64,000 nt of DNA from assembly GCF_009914755.1 (NCBI RefSeq), contig NC_060933.1; one strand, 5' to 3'. Source of the DNA: the human T2T-CHM13v2.0 reference genome, Homo sapiens. Below, one piece after another: positions 1 through 13,214 of the stretch (positions are counted from its first letter, which is position 1; every line of letters starts with the position of its first letter). Position numbers and translations under genes: made by a program. A model generated the notes under the pieces. The model searched no databases and was not told the origin of the DNA. It worked only from the letters and a program-made list of their open reading frames with translations.

Positions 1-59
1 AAGGTGTAGCCTGCCATGGGTAAGGAAGACTATCTGTTGGCCGTTAGTCAGGTGACATA

Positions 60-170
60 GACAGGACACTTCAGTTTTTCTGAGCCATAGTTCCTTCATC
101 TTTAAAATGAGACAGCAATAAAATTTACCCCTCAGAGTTTTGTGAGAATTAAGTAATAAATTGGCACAAA
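60..170 (+). mobile_element. MIR fragment
   Basis: MIR core-like text 'agttccttcatctttaaaatgag...cctcagagttttgtgagaattaa'. Confidence 0.6.
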
Positions 171-666
171 AAACTTTATGAAATATACCAGCATTTTAAT
201 ATTTATAATTTATATATGAAACAGCCTTAATACAATATTGACACTATTAAATACGATTAGTAAGATTTAAAACTTTTTGTTATTATTAGGATGACTCTTG
301 ATGCTCATCCCTCAGAAGAACTTCATGATTTTTTCCTGAGTATAAATTGTCACAGCTTTTGTGGAAAACAATGAGCAGTGTGCATCAATGGCTTAAAAAA
401 TATTCTTTTTGCCCAGGAATTCTACTTCTTAGAATTTAACAAAAATAAATAAGTGGACTTCTGCTTCTGGCCATGGTTGAGTAGCCTATAGCAGCCTAAT
501 GCTCCTGCTAAGAACTAGAAACACTGAACAAAATACAAAAGAAAAGTTGTGTGTATTCACCCAATGGAATAATATACAGCAATGAAAATGAATTATTGCT
601 ACAAGAAAAACATCATGGATGAATCTTACAAACAATGTTGAGCAAAGGAACCAGATGCAAAATCTA

Positions 667-791
667 GGCCAGGCAGGGTGGCTTACACCTGTAATCCCAG
701 CCCTTTGGAAGGCCAAGGTGGGAGGATTGCTTTAGCCCAGGAGTTCAAGACCAGCCTGGGTAACATAGTGAGACCCCATCTCATAAAAAAA
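667..791 (+). mobile_element. FLAM_C-like free left Alu monomer
   Basis: Single Alu left arm 'ggccaggcagggtggcttacacctgtaatcccagc...gagaccccatctc' with a short A-tail and a B-box-like GAGTTCAAGACC. Confidence 0.85.
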
Positions 792-796
792 GCCCC

Positions 797-2545
797 ATGT
801 CTACTCCTTCTGGAATATCCACCTGGCTCAGCCTGCCTGTTTCGACTCCTGCCTCCATCACATCCATCAGAGTGACCCAGAAGTCCTCTGGCCCCTGGGC
901 CTTCAGCAGCTGCACCTACGTGAGTGGGCCTGGCGTCTGCATCAGCTCCTTGAGCTGCTCCCGAGTGGGGAGCAGCAGCTTTCGGGGTGGCCTGGGTGGA
1001 GGCTATGGTGGGGCCAGTGGCATGGGAGGCATCATCGCCATCATGGTCAACCAGAGCCTGTTGAGCCCCCTTAACCTGGAGGTGGACCCCAACATCCAGG
1101 CCGTGTGTACCCAGGAGAAGGAGCAGATCAAGACCCTCAACAACAAGTTTGCCTCCTTCATCGACAAGGTATGGTTCCTGGAGCAGCAGAACAAGGTGCT
1201 GGAGACCAAGTGGAGCCTCCTGCAGCAGCAGAAGATGGCTCGGAGTAACATGGACAACATGTTGGAGAGCTACATCAACAACCTTAGGCAGCAGCTGGAG
1301 ACTCTGGGCCAGGAGAAGCTGAAGCTGGAAGCAGAGCTTGGCAACATGCAGGGGCTGGGGGAGGACTTCAAGAACAAGTATGAGGATGAGATCAATAAGC
1401 ATACGGAGGTGGAGAATGAATTTGTCCTCATCAAGAAGGATGTTGATGAAGCTTACATGAGCAAGGCAGAACTGGAGTCCCTCCTGGAAGGGCTGACTGA
1501 CGAGATCAACTTCCTCAGGCAGCTGTATGAAGAGGAGATCCGGGAGCTGCAGTCCCAGATCTCCGACATGTCTATGGTGCTGTCCATGGACTACAGCTGC
1601 TCTCGGGACATGGACAGCATCATCCCTGAGGTCAAGGTGCAGTATGAGGAGATTGCCAACTGCAGCCGGGCTGAGGCTGAGAGCATGTACCAGATCAAGT
1701 ATGAGGAGCTGCAGACGCTGGCTGGGAAGTACGGGGATGACCTAAGGCGCACAAAGACTGAGATCTCCGAGATGAACCGGAACATCAGCTGGCTCCAGGC
1801 TGAGACCGAGGGCCTCAAAGGCCAGAGGGCTTCCCTGGAGGCCGCCATCACAGATGCCGAGCAGCGTGGGGAGCTGGCTGTTAAGGATGCCAACGCCAAG
1901 CTGTCCGAGCTGGAGGCCGCCCTGCAGCGGGCCAAGCAGGACATGATGGGGCAGCTGCGTGAGTACCAGGAGCTGATGAACGTCGGGCTTACCCTGGACA
2001 TCGAGATTGCCACCTACAGGAAGCTGCTGGAGGGCGAGGAGAGCCGGCTGGAATCTGGGATGCAGAACGTGAGTATCCATACGAAGACCACCAGCAGCTA
2101 TGCAGGTGGGCTGAGCTCGGCCTATGGGGGCCTCACAAGCCCCGGCATCATCTACCGCCTGGGCTCCAGCTTTGGCTCTGCCGCGGGCTCCAGCTCCTTC
2201 AGCCGCACCAGCTCCACCAGGGCCGTGGTTGTGAAGAAGATCGAGACCCATGATGGCAAGCTGGAGTCCGAGTCCTCTGACGTCCTGTCCAAGTGAACAG
2301 CTGCGGCAGCCCCATCCCGCCTGCCCCTCCTGGCTGACCCAGAGCGGGGGAGGGAGGCCGCTGTGAGGGAAGCACAGGGAACAGGAGATCCACCTCAGGC
2401 TCAGCCCTCGCCCTCAGCCCACGTTGGGGGGAGTTCACTCCCTGGGGCACCCTCCTTGCCCATGCCTCCAGCTACAAAACAATTCAATTGCTTTTTTTGT
2501 TGTTGTTGTTGTCCAAAATAACCTCAGCTAGCTCTGAAAAAAAAA
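797..2545 (+). pseudogene. KRT8P: Processed (retrotransposed) keratin 8 copy with an uninterrupted 499-codon ORF (797-2296), 3'UTR and poly(A) remnant
   Basis: The translation matches type II keratin K8 throughout ([47 protein letters not shown]). There are no introns. KRT8-like 5'UTR and 3'UTR are present, with an A-run at 2537-2545. The parental ATG is now ACA (860-862), and a 15-nt in-frame deletion (YKVST) lies near 886. Many R>W/C/H/Q CpG-type changes. The paralogue number cannot be fixed from sequence alone; KRT8P11 is only a recollection-based guess. Confidence 0.95.
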
Positions 2546-2549
2546 TCTG

Positions 2550-2750
2550 CACAATTTTATACTTGAATTTGTATAAAATTCAAATATATATTTATATATA
2601 GATGACATAAAATACATTAAAATGTATCTAAAACATAAATATATGTAAGTATGAAATATATTAGTAAATATATAAATATAATTTATATTTGTATTTATAC
2701 TTTATAAGACAAATAAGCAACCATATAAATATAATGTATGTTTGAATTTA
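2550..2750. repeat. AT-rich low-complexity tract
   Basis: Degenerate (TA)n/ATAAAT runs. Confidence 0.7.
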
Positions 2751-3194
2751 TAGAAAAGTTAATCTAATGGTGCTTAATATTAGGATAGTATTACTCTGAG
2801 GAGACACAAAAGGGCCTTGGGTTCTGGCAATATTCTGTTTCTTGATCTGGGTGGTGGTTCTGTGAGGTATTCACTTTGTGAAAAGTCATTAAACTGTGTT
2901 CTTTTGATTTTTGCACTTTTCCATATGTATGGTTCACTTTGATTTTAAGAGAGTTTCCCTAGATGAAAAAGGAAGTCATTGGTTATGTGGATAAAGATGT
3001 TTATTACAGCATCATATATGTGGTGAAAAAGAGAAATTGCCTAACACTCCAATAATGGGAAATATTTAAATAAAATATGGTAATGATACCATCTTTAAAA
3101 TAATGTTTTCAAGGGACTTTGTGTGGGAGAATTTTAATATTACACGATTAATTGAATAAATTATGAACATTGTGTATGGAATCTGGGCTTGGTG

Positions 3195-3498
3195 GGCTGG
3201 GTATGTTGGCACATGCCTATAATCCCAGCACTTTGGGAGGTCAAGGCCAGTGGATTGCTTGAGCCCAGGAGTTCAAGACCAGCCTGGGCAACATGACGAG
3301 ACCTGTCTGCAAAAAATACAAAAATTAGCCAGGCTGGTGGCTTGCACCTGTAGTCCCAGCTACTCGGGAGGTTGAGGCAGGAAGATTGCTTGAGCCCAGA
3401 GGTCGAGGCTGCAGTGAGGCCTGATGGCACCACTGCACTCCAGCCTGGGCATCAGAGACCCTGTCTCAAAAACCAACCAAACAAACAAAACAAAAAAA
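3195..3498 (+). mobile_element. AluJ
   Basis: Full dimer with J-type 'ttgagcccaggagttc...gaggtcgaggctgcagtgag' and a degenerate TSD (aatctgggcttgg / aatttgagcttag). Confidence 0.9.
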
Positions 3499-3704
3499 TT
3501 TGAGCTTAGGCTAACTGGGCTACTTCCTTAGCTCTAGAGACTGGAGGAAATGGGATAGGCTGGAGTGTGGAGACAACCTCTTCTGATTATAGGCTTCTCC
3601 TCACTGCAGCCTCTGCCATGGGGATACAGATTAGTCAGTGGAGTCCCCCCAACCCCCGCCAAAGGGAATGATTCAAAGGTCTGCTCAGTGTCTGCTTTTC
3701 CTAT

Positions 3705-4580
3705 TGTAAACAAAGAAACAAACAAAAAACCCCACAGTGGACTCAATGGAGCCCTCCTCTCGGCCAATGGGATTCCAAAGAAACCTGAAAAACTAGTTCA
3801 GGCCATGATGGGAAGCAGGTCAGACATGCCTCATTATGCTCGCCTCCCTTTGGAGTTCAGGCACAACTGACCAGCATTAATATTAAAACAGAGATCTTAA
3901 GACCAACAAAACAGACTCTTTGTAGTAATAAGACACCAACTTCTAACCTGACTCTTGTATAATATCACATGACAGATAGCAGGCTGTTTAAAGTATCAAG
4001 CTATTTTACCCCAAAATATATTTATTTGCCATATTTTGAAAGGGACCTGCAAAACCGTCTCTTGTGGGGGAAATTTACATTCTGTAGAGATTCTTTTCCT
4101 TTTCCAGGTCTTTTTCTGATCCTGTAGAAATTAGCTGAGAGTCTAGCACCTGTTAAAGGTGCCATCTATTGCCTCTAAGGGAGGCTGCCTTTGAGATTTC
4201 ATCTATATAATAAGAACCTTGGTCTCCACAACCCCATATCTTAACCTAGACACTCCTTTCTGTTGATTCCAGATCTTGAGATAATAACTGAATTCTTTCA
4301 ATCAAATGCCCATCAGAAAATCCTTGAATCCACCATTGACCTGTAAGCCCCTGCTTTGAGTTGTCCTGCCTTTCCAGGTTGAACCAATGTGTGGTATACC
4401 TCACATGGACTGATTGATGTCTTATGTCTCCCTAAAATGTATAAAACAAAACTGTAACCCAATCACCTTGGGCACATGTTCTCAGGACCTCTTGAGGCTG
4501 TGTTGGGTCGTGGTCCTCACATTTGGCTCAAAATAAATCTCTTCAAATATTTTACAGAGTTTGGCTTTTTTTTTCATACA
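3705..4580 (+). mobile_element. MER4-group (MER4D/E-like) ERV1 solo LTR
   Basis: Has TG...CA ends and a near 4-bp TSD (CTAT/CTAC). MER4 motifs 'aaacctgaaaaactagttcaggccatgatgggaag' and 'aataaatctcttcaaatattttacagagtttgg'. TATAAAA at 4440-4446 and AATAAA at 4532-4537. Confidence 0.85.
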
Positions 4581-5199
4581 CTACCTTCTAGGGAAGTGAA
4601 GCAGATCCCATTTCCTGACCCTGATCTTCCTTGTCCTCATCTCTCAAAGAGCACCATCATTCTTTAACCACCTCCTTTCATATCTCCACCATCCTGGGAG
4701 ACCCACTTGCCTTTCCTCAGCAGCACTTGGCTCCGCTGAGTTAACAGATCTGGATAGTTCCCAGCACCCCTCTCCCAAGGCTTAGCATCAGTCCAGATGA
4801 AAGTCATGGGCAAGAAGAGAAATATTTTCCTACCTGCACTGTGGTTTACAAACTACCTGCCCACAAATTTGTAAGTACTCCATGTTATTTTTTGGAGTTA
4901 TACTAGTAATTCTTTCATTCCTCTTTCCACTCTGCCGCCCACCTTACCCCAGGCCAGTCATATTGGACTTAACATAACTGCTCTCTTAATTACTGAAAGA
5001 CCTGGGAGAGGTGTTGTAATCACCAAGTGTAAGAGCTTGATTACTTACGCCCCCATGCAAGCCGCCTTCCTCTTCTCTCAAGGATCCAAATGGGGATGGG
5101 GGGGATGCTTTCCAAATTTTCTAATATGAGTTTTTACCACTTTTATAATCAGAAAAAAATATAAAATAACGTTCTTTATCTCTATGAGTCATATAATGT

Positions 5200-5340
5200 T
5201 AGTATGCTGTGCCTGCAGATCACCTGGGGACCTTGTCAAAATGCAGGCTCTGATTCTGTAGGGCTGAGGCCTGGGATTCTGCATTTCAAACATCCCAGGG
5301 GATGCTGTTGCTGCTGGTGCAGATGGTGCTTTGAGGAGGA
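5200..5340. mobile_element. MER5A (hAT-Charlie)
   Basis: 'gatcacctggggaccttgtcaaaatgcag...ctgcatttcaaac...gatgctgttgctgctggt' matches the remembered MER5A consensus. Confidence 0.75.
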
Positions 5341-8099
5341 TGGGTACAGGCTGTGACCCCCTCCCTTCTCTTCACCTCCCTCCCCCCATGTTTCACAGAT
5401 CTTCACAGTTCACTGCCCATTTCGTGCAATGATGAGTAAGTAAGAGGAGTTTCAAGGAGGTTGAAATCTATACATGTTTGGGCTCAACACACAGCATTTT
5501 GGTGGTTATTTCTTTAGAGAACAGGTTCCCAGATTTGACCTCCTTTACACCCCAAACAGATATAACCATTTGAACCCACAGAAAGGCGCTTAGGAATCAA
5601 GAGGCAAAACTCTGGCCTCCGCTATGCCAGTGACTCAGTTTTCCCTCCCCCTATGCAATTGATGGCACTTTGTGTACATTGTTGGTAAAGATGATGATTT
5701 TCATGGTCCTACAAAAGGATCGTTATGGAGTTAGGGAGCACTAAGTCACCAAGTCTTCACTGGAGGCTGGAGGATCACTTACTGGGGTGTCGTAACAGGG
5801 ATTTGAACATCAAAGGGGAAGGTGGCTAAAAGACCTAGAATATCCTGAGTATTATGAGTCAAAGATAGTTTTACTTTCCAGTTCTATTACAGATCAAAAG
5901 ATTACATTATATCTTCTTGGAGAGATGGAGAGATAAATAGGAAAATACTGAAGCTACATTAGTGAACTATTTTTTTTATTATTTGAAATCAAGCAGTGCT
6001 AGGGTGGAAAAGACACTTAAAGGCCTCTAGTTCTGCCTGCTTATAGGAGATGCTCTGTAGAGTTTTGGTGCCATGGTCAGAGAATGCTCCCAAATTCAAA
6101 AGGAGTCTTCCTGAGGGATGGTTGTGATAATCTGGTCTCCAAACAAATACTTCATTGACAGGAATAAGTTGCCTCCCAGTAATAAGTTGCCTCCCCTACC
6201 AGTAGGTAGGTCTGACTGTTTGGAATTCTCTCAGGTAACTAGAAATCTGACTCCCTGTGATCTTCACCCAATGTCCCAAGGTTTCAACCAGGTGTTTCCA
6301 AACGTCCCTGCTGACAAATATCACCTAGGATGCTTACTTAGAATCCAGCCCAACTCCAATTTACACAAACAGATGCTCATGTCCCTCCTCGATATTTTGA
6401 TTCAATGGGGCTGAGATGGGGTTGGATTTTTTTTTTTTTCTAATAACCATGCTGACTCCCTTCAGGCATATGGGCATATGGAATCAGTGAAGGAGGCATT
6501 TAGATACAAAGGTTCATTCCTTTGACTCCAGAGAAAAATCCATTATTGAAAGTGGCAGATATACAGGTTGGCTGACTTCTTTATTTCATATTTACCATAT
6601 GAGTTGCTGGGTCATATTTTTTTCAACTGAACATAAATATGAGATACACACACACACAAGCGCATTTTAAAATGCCCCTGTCCTTATGATTGTGAGAAAG
6701 ATAAGTGAAGCTGTTTTAAGGTAGATACAACTAAACAAAGGATAGAGGAAGAAAATATTAAACTGTGAAAAAACCTTACAAATATAGTGATTAACAGCAG
6801 CAAAATTGAAGTCAATGTCCAATACTGAGGTTGGTGGACTGATTTTCATTTTAAATGTTTGCCCAAACTAGGAAGAACTACAAAGATACTCATATATCCT
6901 GCAATCCAATACTTTTCCCCCTAGAATTTTAGGGTAAGTAAATCATTCAATAGAAAATACAGACCTATTCACAAAGATCCTCATAGAGGCATTATTTATA
7001 ATTTTGATAAAATTATGAAAAAATTCAATATCCAATAATAGCCTGTTAAATAAACTGAGGTATAACTATGGAATGAAATATGCAGCTACTAAAATTACTT
7101 TAAAAATCTATGTCAATTGGAACTAATGCTTATAACATTCAATGTAGTATTGTGGAAAAAAAATTAATCCATTTACAGTTTTTTGGTATATAGCTGAGAG
7201 ATGAGAACAAGGAAAAGTACACTTTTGTTAAACAATTATTTGCTTAATAAAAAATATATTTAAAATAATACCATTAATACAATATTATATGCACAAAGCC
7301 AACAGAAAATTTTATTTAGAGGAAGTAGAGGATTAGGCCTTTGATAAATGTCCATTGAAATCAAGGCCTCCCTCTTTCATGGGACCCTAACTAAGGTCTT
7401 TGAGGTGTGGAGGGAAGGCTCTTAGAGTCAACTGGTTCAACCTCCTAAGCATTGTAAGGATGTTATTTTAGCAACCTTGACATTTGATACCCTTGGACCT
7501 CTTTGACTTCCATTACTGGTACGCAAGCTGGGAAGTTTTCCTCAAAGCTCACTGCCACCTTTGGGAGAGATCCAGTGTGGTGGGTGGTGGGTAGAGGCAG
7601 ATGGTCAAAAGCGCAACTAGGAAAGCCAGACTTCCCATCCCAAATTTTGTTTGTTCAGACCAGAATTCTTTTGTTCAGAGCAGATTGGCACCAACTTCTC
7701 AAAATTTGCATCGGAGAACAAAGATTCATGTTTGAGTAAAAACAGTGAGAATAGCACAGCTTGCTTCTTAAAGGTTCCTCCTGCCCCCACTCCCACCCAC
7801 TCAAATTCTCTATTTCTGATCTTTCAGGGGCAGGGGAACCCATGAGTCTGATTAGGAACAATTTCCTGGACTAGAGGCAAAAGCCTTTGAGTCAGGGCCT
7901 CCTGAAAAAACGAATTGGCTCCATGGGGACACTTTGAGAGAGTTGGTCTGGGGGCTGCTGCAGGGGCATTAGGGGCATTTCTGGGTGAGGGTAAATGTTC
8001 CTGAGCATCAAATTTACCAGGTTAGAATCTGGATAAATGGGATATTACTAATTATATTGGCATGAGCTGGATTTATGTATAAAGAGCAGATGTTTCACA

Positions 8100-8290
8100 G
8101 TCAGAAAGCCAACACTCAATCTTGGCTCTGCCTATTATTAGCTATGGGATTTGGGTCAATCACATTCCTTTTCTGGACCTTAGTTTCCTTACTTATGAAA
8201 TGGGATAACAATTTGTCTTGTACAACTCACAGGGATGTTGTAAAAATCATTTAAATACTAGATTGGAAGTACTTGATAACTTCAAAAGAT
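8100..8290 (+). mobile_element. MIR
   Basis: 'ggctctgcctattattagctatgggatttgggtcaatcac...ccttagtttccttacttatgaaatggg'. Confidence 0.7.
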
Positions 8291-9124
8291 TGTGTATGCT
8301 AGTTATTTTAATAATACTGGAAATAGTGATATTGCAATTCTGAATTTTATTTTGGGGTCTTAAGTATTGATTCCTATAGGCTTGTAATTATTTAGGGAAT
8401 GATGAATAGACTCCCATGTATTGAGGTTGTATTACAAGTTAAATTCTTTTTCCATCTAGGCTACAGGAGGGTTGGGGGTAGGGGGGTGGTCAGTGGAGGG
8501 GTGGTAAGCCAGGCAAAGTATGTAAGGAAGACATGCCTTCAGAAAGCCTGCCCAGACACCTCAGGCCTTGTTTGTTTTATATCATTGACTTGTCTATAAC
8601 GAGGAAGTGTGCACGCCAATGTCATAAATGATAGGAGAGAATCTTGAAGTCTTTTGCAAGAATGATGAATCAGAGGTGCCTGGGATGGAATCAATATACC
8701 ATAATTAACTATTGCCTTCCTTATTGACAGTAAGCTAGAAGATTTTAATTTTTTTACTACTACACACAATACTGTGATGAAATTCTTTTATACATGTACA
8801 AGATGTTGTGTGGGGCACACAAACAAGTATTTCTTTTGGAAAAAGTCCTAGAAGTAGAAGGGTCAGGTCAATTGATATGTGCATTTTAAAATTTGATGGG
8901 CGTTTTCAAGTGGACTTCATCGGTTAACTTCATGAGTTTACACACAGAATGGGCCTGGAGAATGTCTCTTTCTTCACATTTTCACCAACACTTGACATCT
9001 ATCTTTTTACTTTTTACCAAATAATTCTCTTTTCTCTCACCAGCTGTGATATGCAGCTTTGCATGCTCATTGAGTGTATATTTTCTGTGTATTGCCTGTT
9101 TATTTCCTTTTCAAATTTTTCTGA

Positions 9125-9468
<344 letters not shown>

Positions 9469-9601
9469 TAGAAACTCTTCATATGCTCCATATATTAATC
9501 ATTTACCTGTTAAGTATGTTGCAAGTATTGTTTCCCAGACTTTTAAACCTGCCTTATGGTGTATTTTAACTTAAAGAATTTTACAATTTTTATGAGGTTA
9601 A

Positions 9602-10190
<589 letters not shown>

Positions 10191-10900
10191 TAAGTTAAAA
10201 AAATATTTACCAGTTTTCTTCACCAATGTTTTCATCTAATATTTTTATGATTTCGCTCTTTAATTCATCTAAAAGTTGTTTCCTGGGGATGGATGGTGTG
10301 AATTAGGAATCTAAGACAATTTCTTCCCAAATGAATCGCTAATCGGTTCACTTCCACTTGTGAATTAGTCTATTGTTTCTCCATTAATTTCAACTACCAT
10401 CTTTATTGTATACTTAATTTTCATATATACTTGAGTTGGTTTCTAGGTTTTTAATTCTGTTCCATTGATCAGCTTATCAATGTCTGTATGAATAATAGAC
10501 CATTTTAATTACTACAGCATACAATGTGTTTTGACACCTGGTAGGATCTGGTAGGATAAGACCCGAATTAAAAATGCTATTGAATTTAGATCAAAATTGC
10601 ATTGATGGATATATGTGGGAAAAATCAGTATATTTTCAATATTAAGTCTTGAAATTCCCAACCAGGAATATAGTTTATTACTTCATGTATTTAGGTTCAC
10701 ATCATTAAGTACATTTTTTAGTTATCTTTAAATAGATCTTGTATGTTTTAAAAATTATATTTATTTTCCAGATTTTTTGTTGTAAATGGAATCCCTTAGA
10801 ATTATTATTAGATTAATTAGTACGGGTATATAGGAAGCCTATTGAATGAATTATATTGATGGGCTTATCCACAGTTTTTTGAACTTTTTTATTCTAATAG

Positions 10901-11227
<327 letters not shown>

Positions 11228-11809
11228 TTGAATTTTTTTTAAGTGGGCAATCATCTGCACTGAGTAAAAGTTTGTTTTTTTCTTTCCAATCTTTATATCT
11301 CTAATTTTCTTATCTTTTGATCCCCCAGAACACTAATGACTAGTACCCATGACAGCAATCAATTCTGTCCTGCACTTATCTTTAGTGGGAATGCTTCTAA
11401 GAAATCCCCATTAAATATTTAACTACTGAGGGTTTCTGATAGACAGCCATTTTTTATGTTGAGGAACTTGCATTCTATTTCTGACTTACTGAGATTCTAA
11501 GAAATTAATTCTTAATGTTGAACTTTATTGAATGCTTTTTGTATTTATTGAGGTAATTAATGTTCCTTAATCTCTGTGCTGAATTGTAGGATGAATTTCT
11601 CTAATGTTGAAATGTCTTTCGTCCCTGGGCTAAGCTCTCCTTGGAAAAAAAATGTATTCTTTAATATACTCTTGGATTTTATTTGCTAATATTTATAATT
11701 TAGGATGTTTGCCTCTATGTTTGCAAGTGACAATTGGCCACCACTCCCTGATGATTCTTATTCTCCTTGTTCTCATCTCTAATGTCATTTCATTGTTAAC
11801 TATAATCTA

Positions 11810-12190
11810 TGGCCACCTTAGGCATCTTACTCTTCTCCAAACATGTCAGGCTTTGTCACACTTCAAAGCCAATACGTTTACTATATCCTTTGCCTGGACT
11901 TCCTTCCCTGAGGTGTTTGTGTGGCTGGATGCTTATTAATATGCAGGCACCTGAATTTATCGCCACCTTATCTAAACTAGTCACCTGCTGTCATTCTCTG
12001 CTCCTTTGGCCTGCTTTATGTCCTCTGTGGTACTATTTCTATCAGAAAGTGTGTTATTGACCAATTTGTTTCCTTGTTATTATCTGTTTTTTCCCAATAA
12101 GTTGTCACTCCATGCTCAGGGGAATTGTCTGCCTGGGCACTGCTGCATGTAGATCACAAAGTAGATGCTCAGGAAATATGTATTAATAAA
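11810..12190 (+). mobile_element. L2 3' fragment
   Basis: L2 3'-end-like text ending 'gtagatgctcaggaaatatgtattaataaat'. Confidence 0.6.
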
Positions 12191-12719
12191 TGCTGCCCCC
12201 CCGCCCAGATAAGATGCATGGGAGACAAAATTTCTCAGTTGCTTTAGGTTTGAATTTTTTTTTTTTTTTTTGGTCTCCTTCATTGTATGCTAGCTGATTG
12301 GCATAGGATTCCAATATATAAGTGGCAGTCTCTGTATATGTAAAATGAAGATAATAAGGCACCTGTCTCATGGAGATTTTAAGGTCACTAAATGTGAAAT
12401 GTATATAAAGTACTTATTGCTATGCAAGGCATGTAGTTAGCATTCAGTAAATGTTGCTGTTACTGTTATTGACCACTCCCTCACGAAACACCTGATGGGC
12501 CTCCCTGTGTCTCAGTTTCTCCTCATTCTCAAATGTGGTCAGCAATTCCGGCTCCCTTATTCCACAGGGTGCTGTAAGGATTTAACATAAACACGGCATT
12601 TGAAAATGATAGAGTGTTATGTGAACACTGTGACTCTTTTCTGCCATACCCAAGAGAGAGCCTCACTAAAGGAACCCAGGAGGCAGCGCACCCAGTGAGC
12701 AGGGCAAAACCTGGAGCTG

Positions 12720-12950
12720 GACAGCCCTGGGCTCAAATCCTGACTTGACTATTGACCAGCTGTGTGACTTTGGGCAAATTTTAAGCCCCTTTGATCCTCA
12801 TATTGGTTGTTATCGCTACTCACCTCTGTAAAATAGGGAATAATGGCCATTTCACAGGGTTACTGTGGGAATTAAGTGAAAGCGAACATGTAAAAAATTC
12901 AGTTTAGCACTTTGCACAAGAGTGGGCTTAATGATCATTTAATAAATATC
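12720..12950 (+). mobile_element. MIR (MIRb-like)
   Basis: 'ctgggctcaaatcctgac...ccagctgtgtgactttgggcaa...ctgtaaaatagggaataat'. Confidence 0.75.
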
Positions 12951-13214
12951 TATTAATATTATATTTTTCTATGAAACGAATTGGCAAACCATGATTTAGA
13001 GCATTCTCTTTCCAATTTTCCGTCATCAAAATAATCACACTTCGCACATCTTCACTGGCAGATTTCACAGTTAGTGGATTCGGGAAAAGTTATTTACTTG
13101 AATAACAAATTCTTCGTCCAATTCTCCAACCTGCACATTCAAGTGGGGGTTGTTAGAGATCTGCGTGCAGTGTGGGTGGATTGCAGGAGGCAGTGATCGT
13201 GGTCGTAGAGTTAA

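Larger units (their letters stand above)
545..2945 (+). mobile_element. Old L1M (L1MC/ME-type) 3' end, split by the FLAM and KRT8 insertions (L1 pieces at ~545-662 and ~2740-2945)
   Basis: 'atggatgaatcttacaaacaatgttgagcaaaggaaccaga' resumes after the retrocopy as 'tattctgtttcttgatctgggtggtgg...ttcactttgtgaaaa', which is typical L1M 3'UTR text. Confidence 0.7.

Noticed and set aside
683-2251. Antisense ORFs of 239, 140 and 169 aa over the keratin copy
   Set aside because: Shadow frames of a GC-rich coding sequence with biased codon use; no independent signal.
797-2296. Calling this the functional KRT8 gene
   Set aside because: It has no introns, carries a poly(A) remnant, has lost its ATG, shows CpG-type decay and has no neighbouring keratin cluster.
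6163-6195. Short direct repeat AATAAGTTGCCTCCC x2 (similar micro-duplications near 7962 and 10538)
   Set aside because: Ordinary slippage-scale duplications with no further structure.
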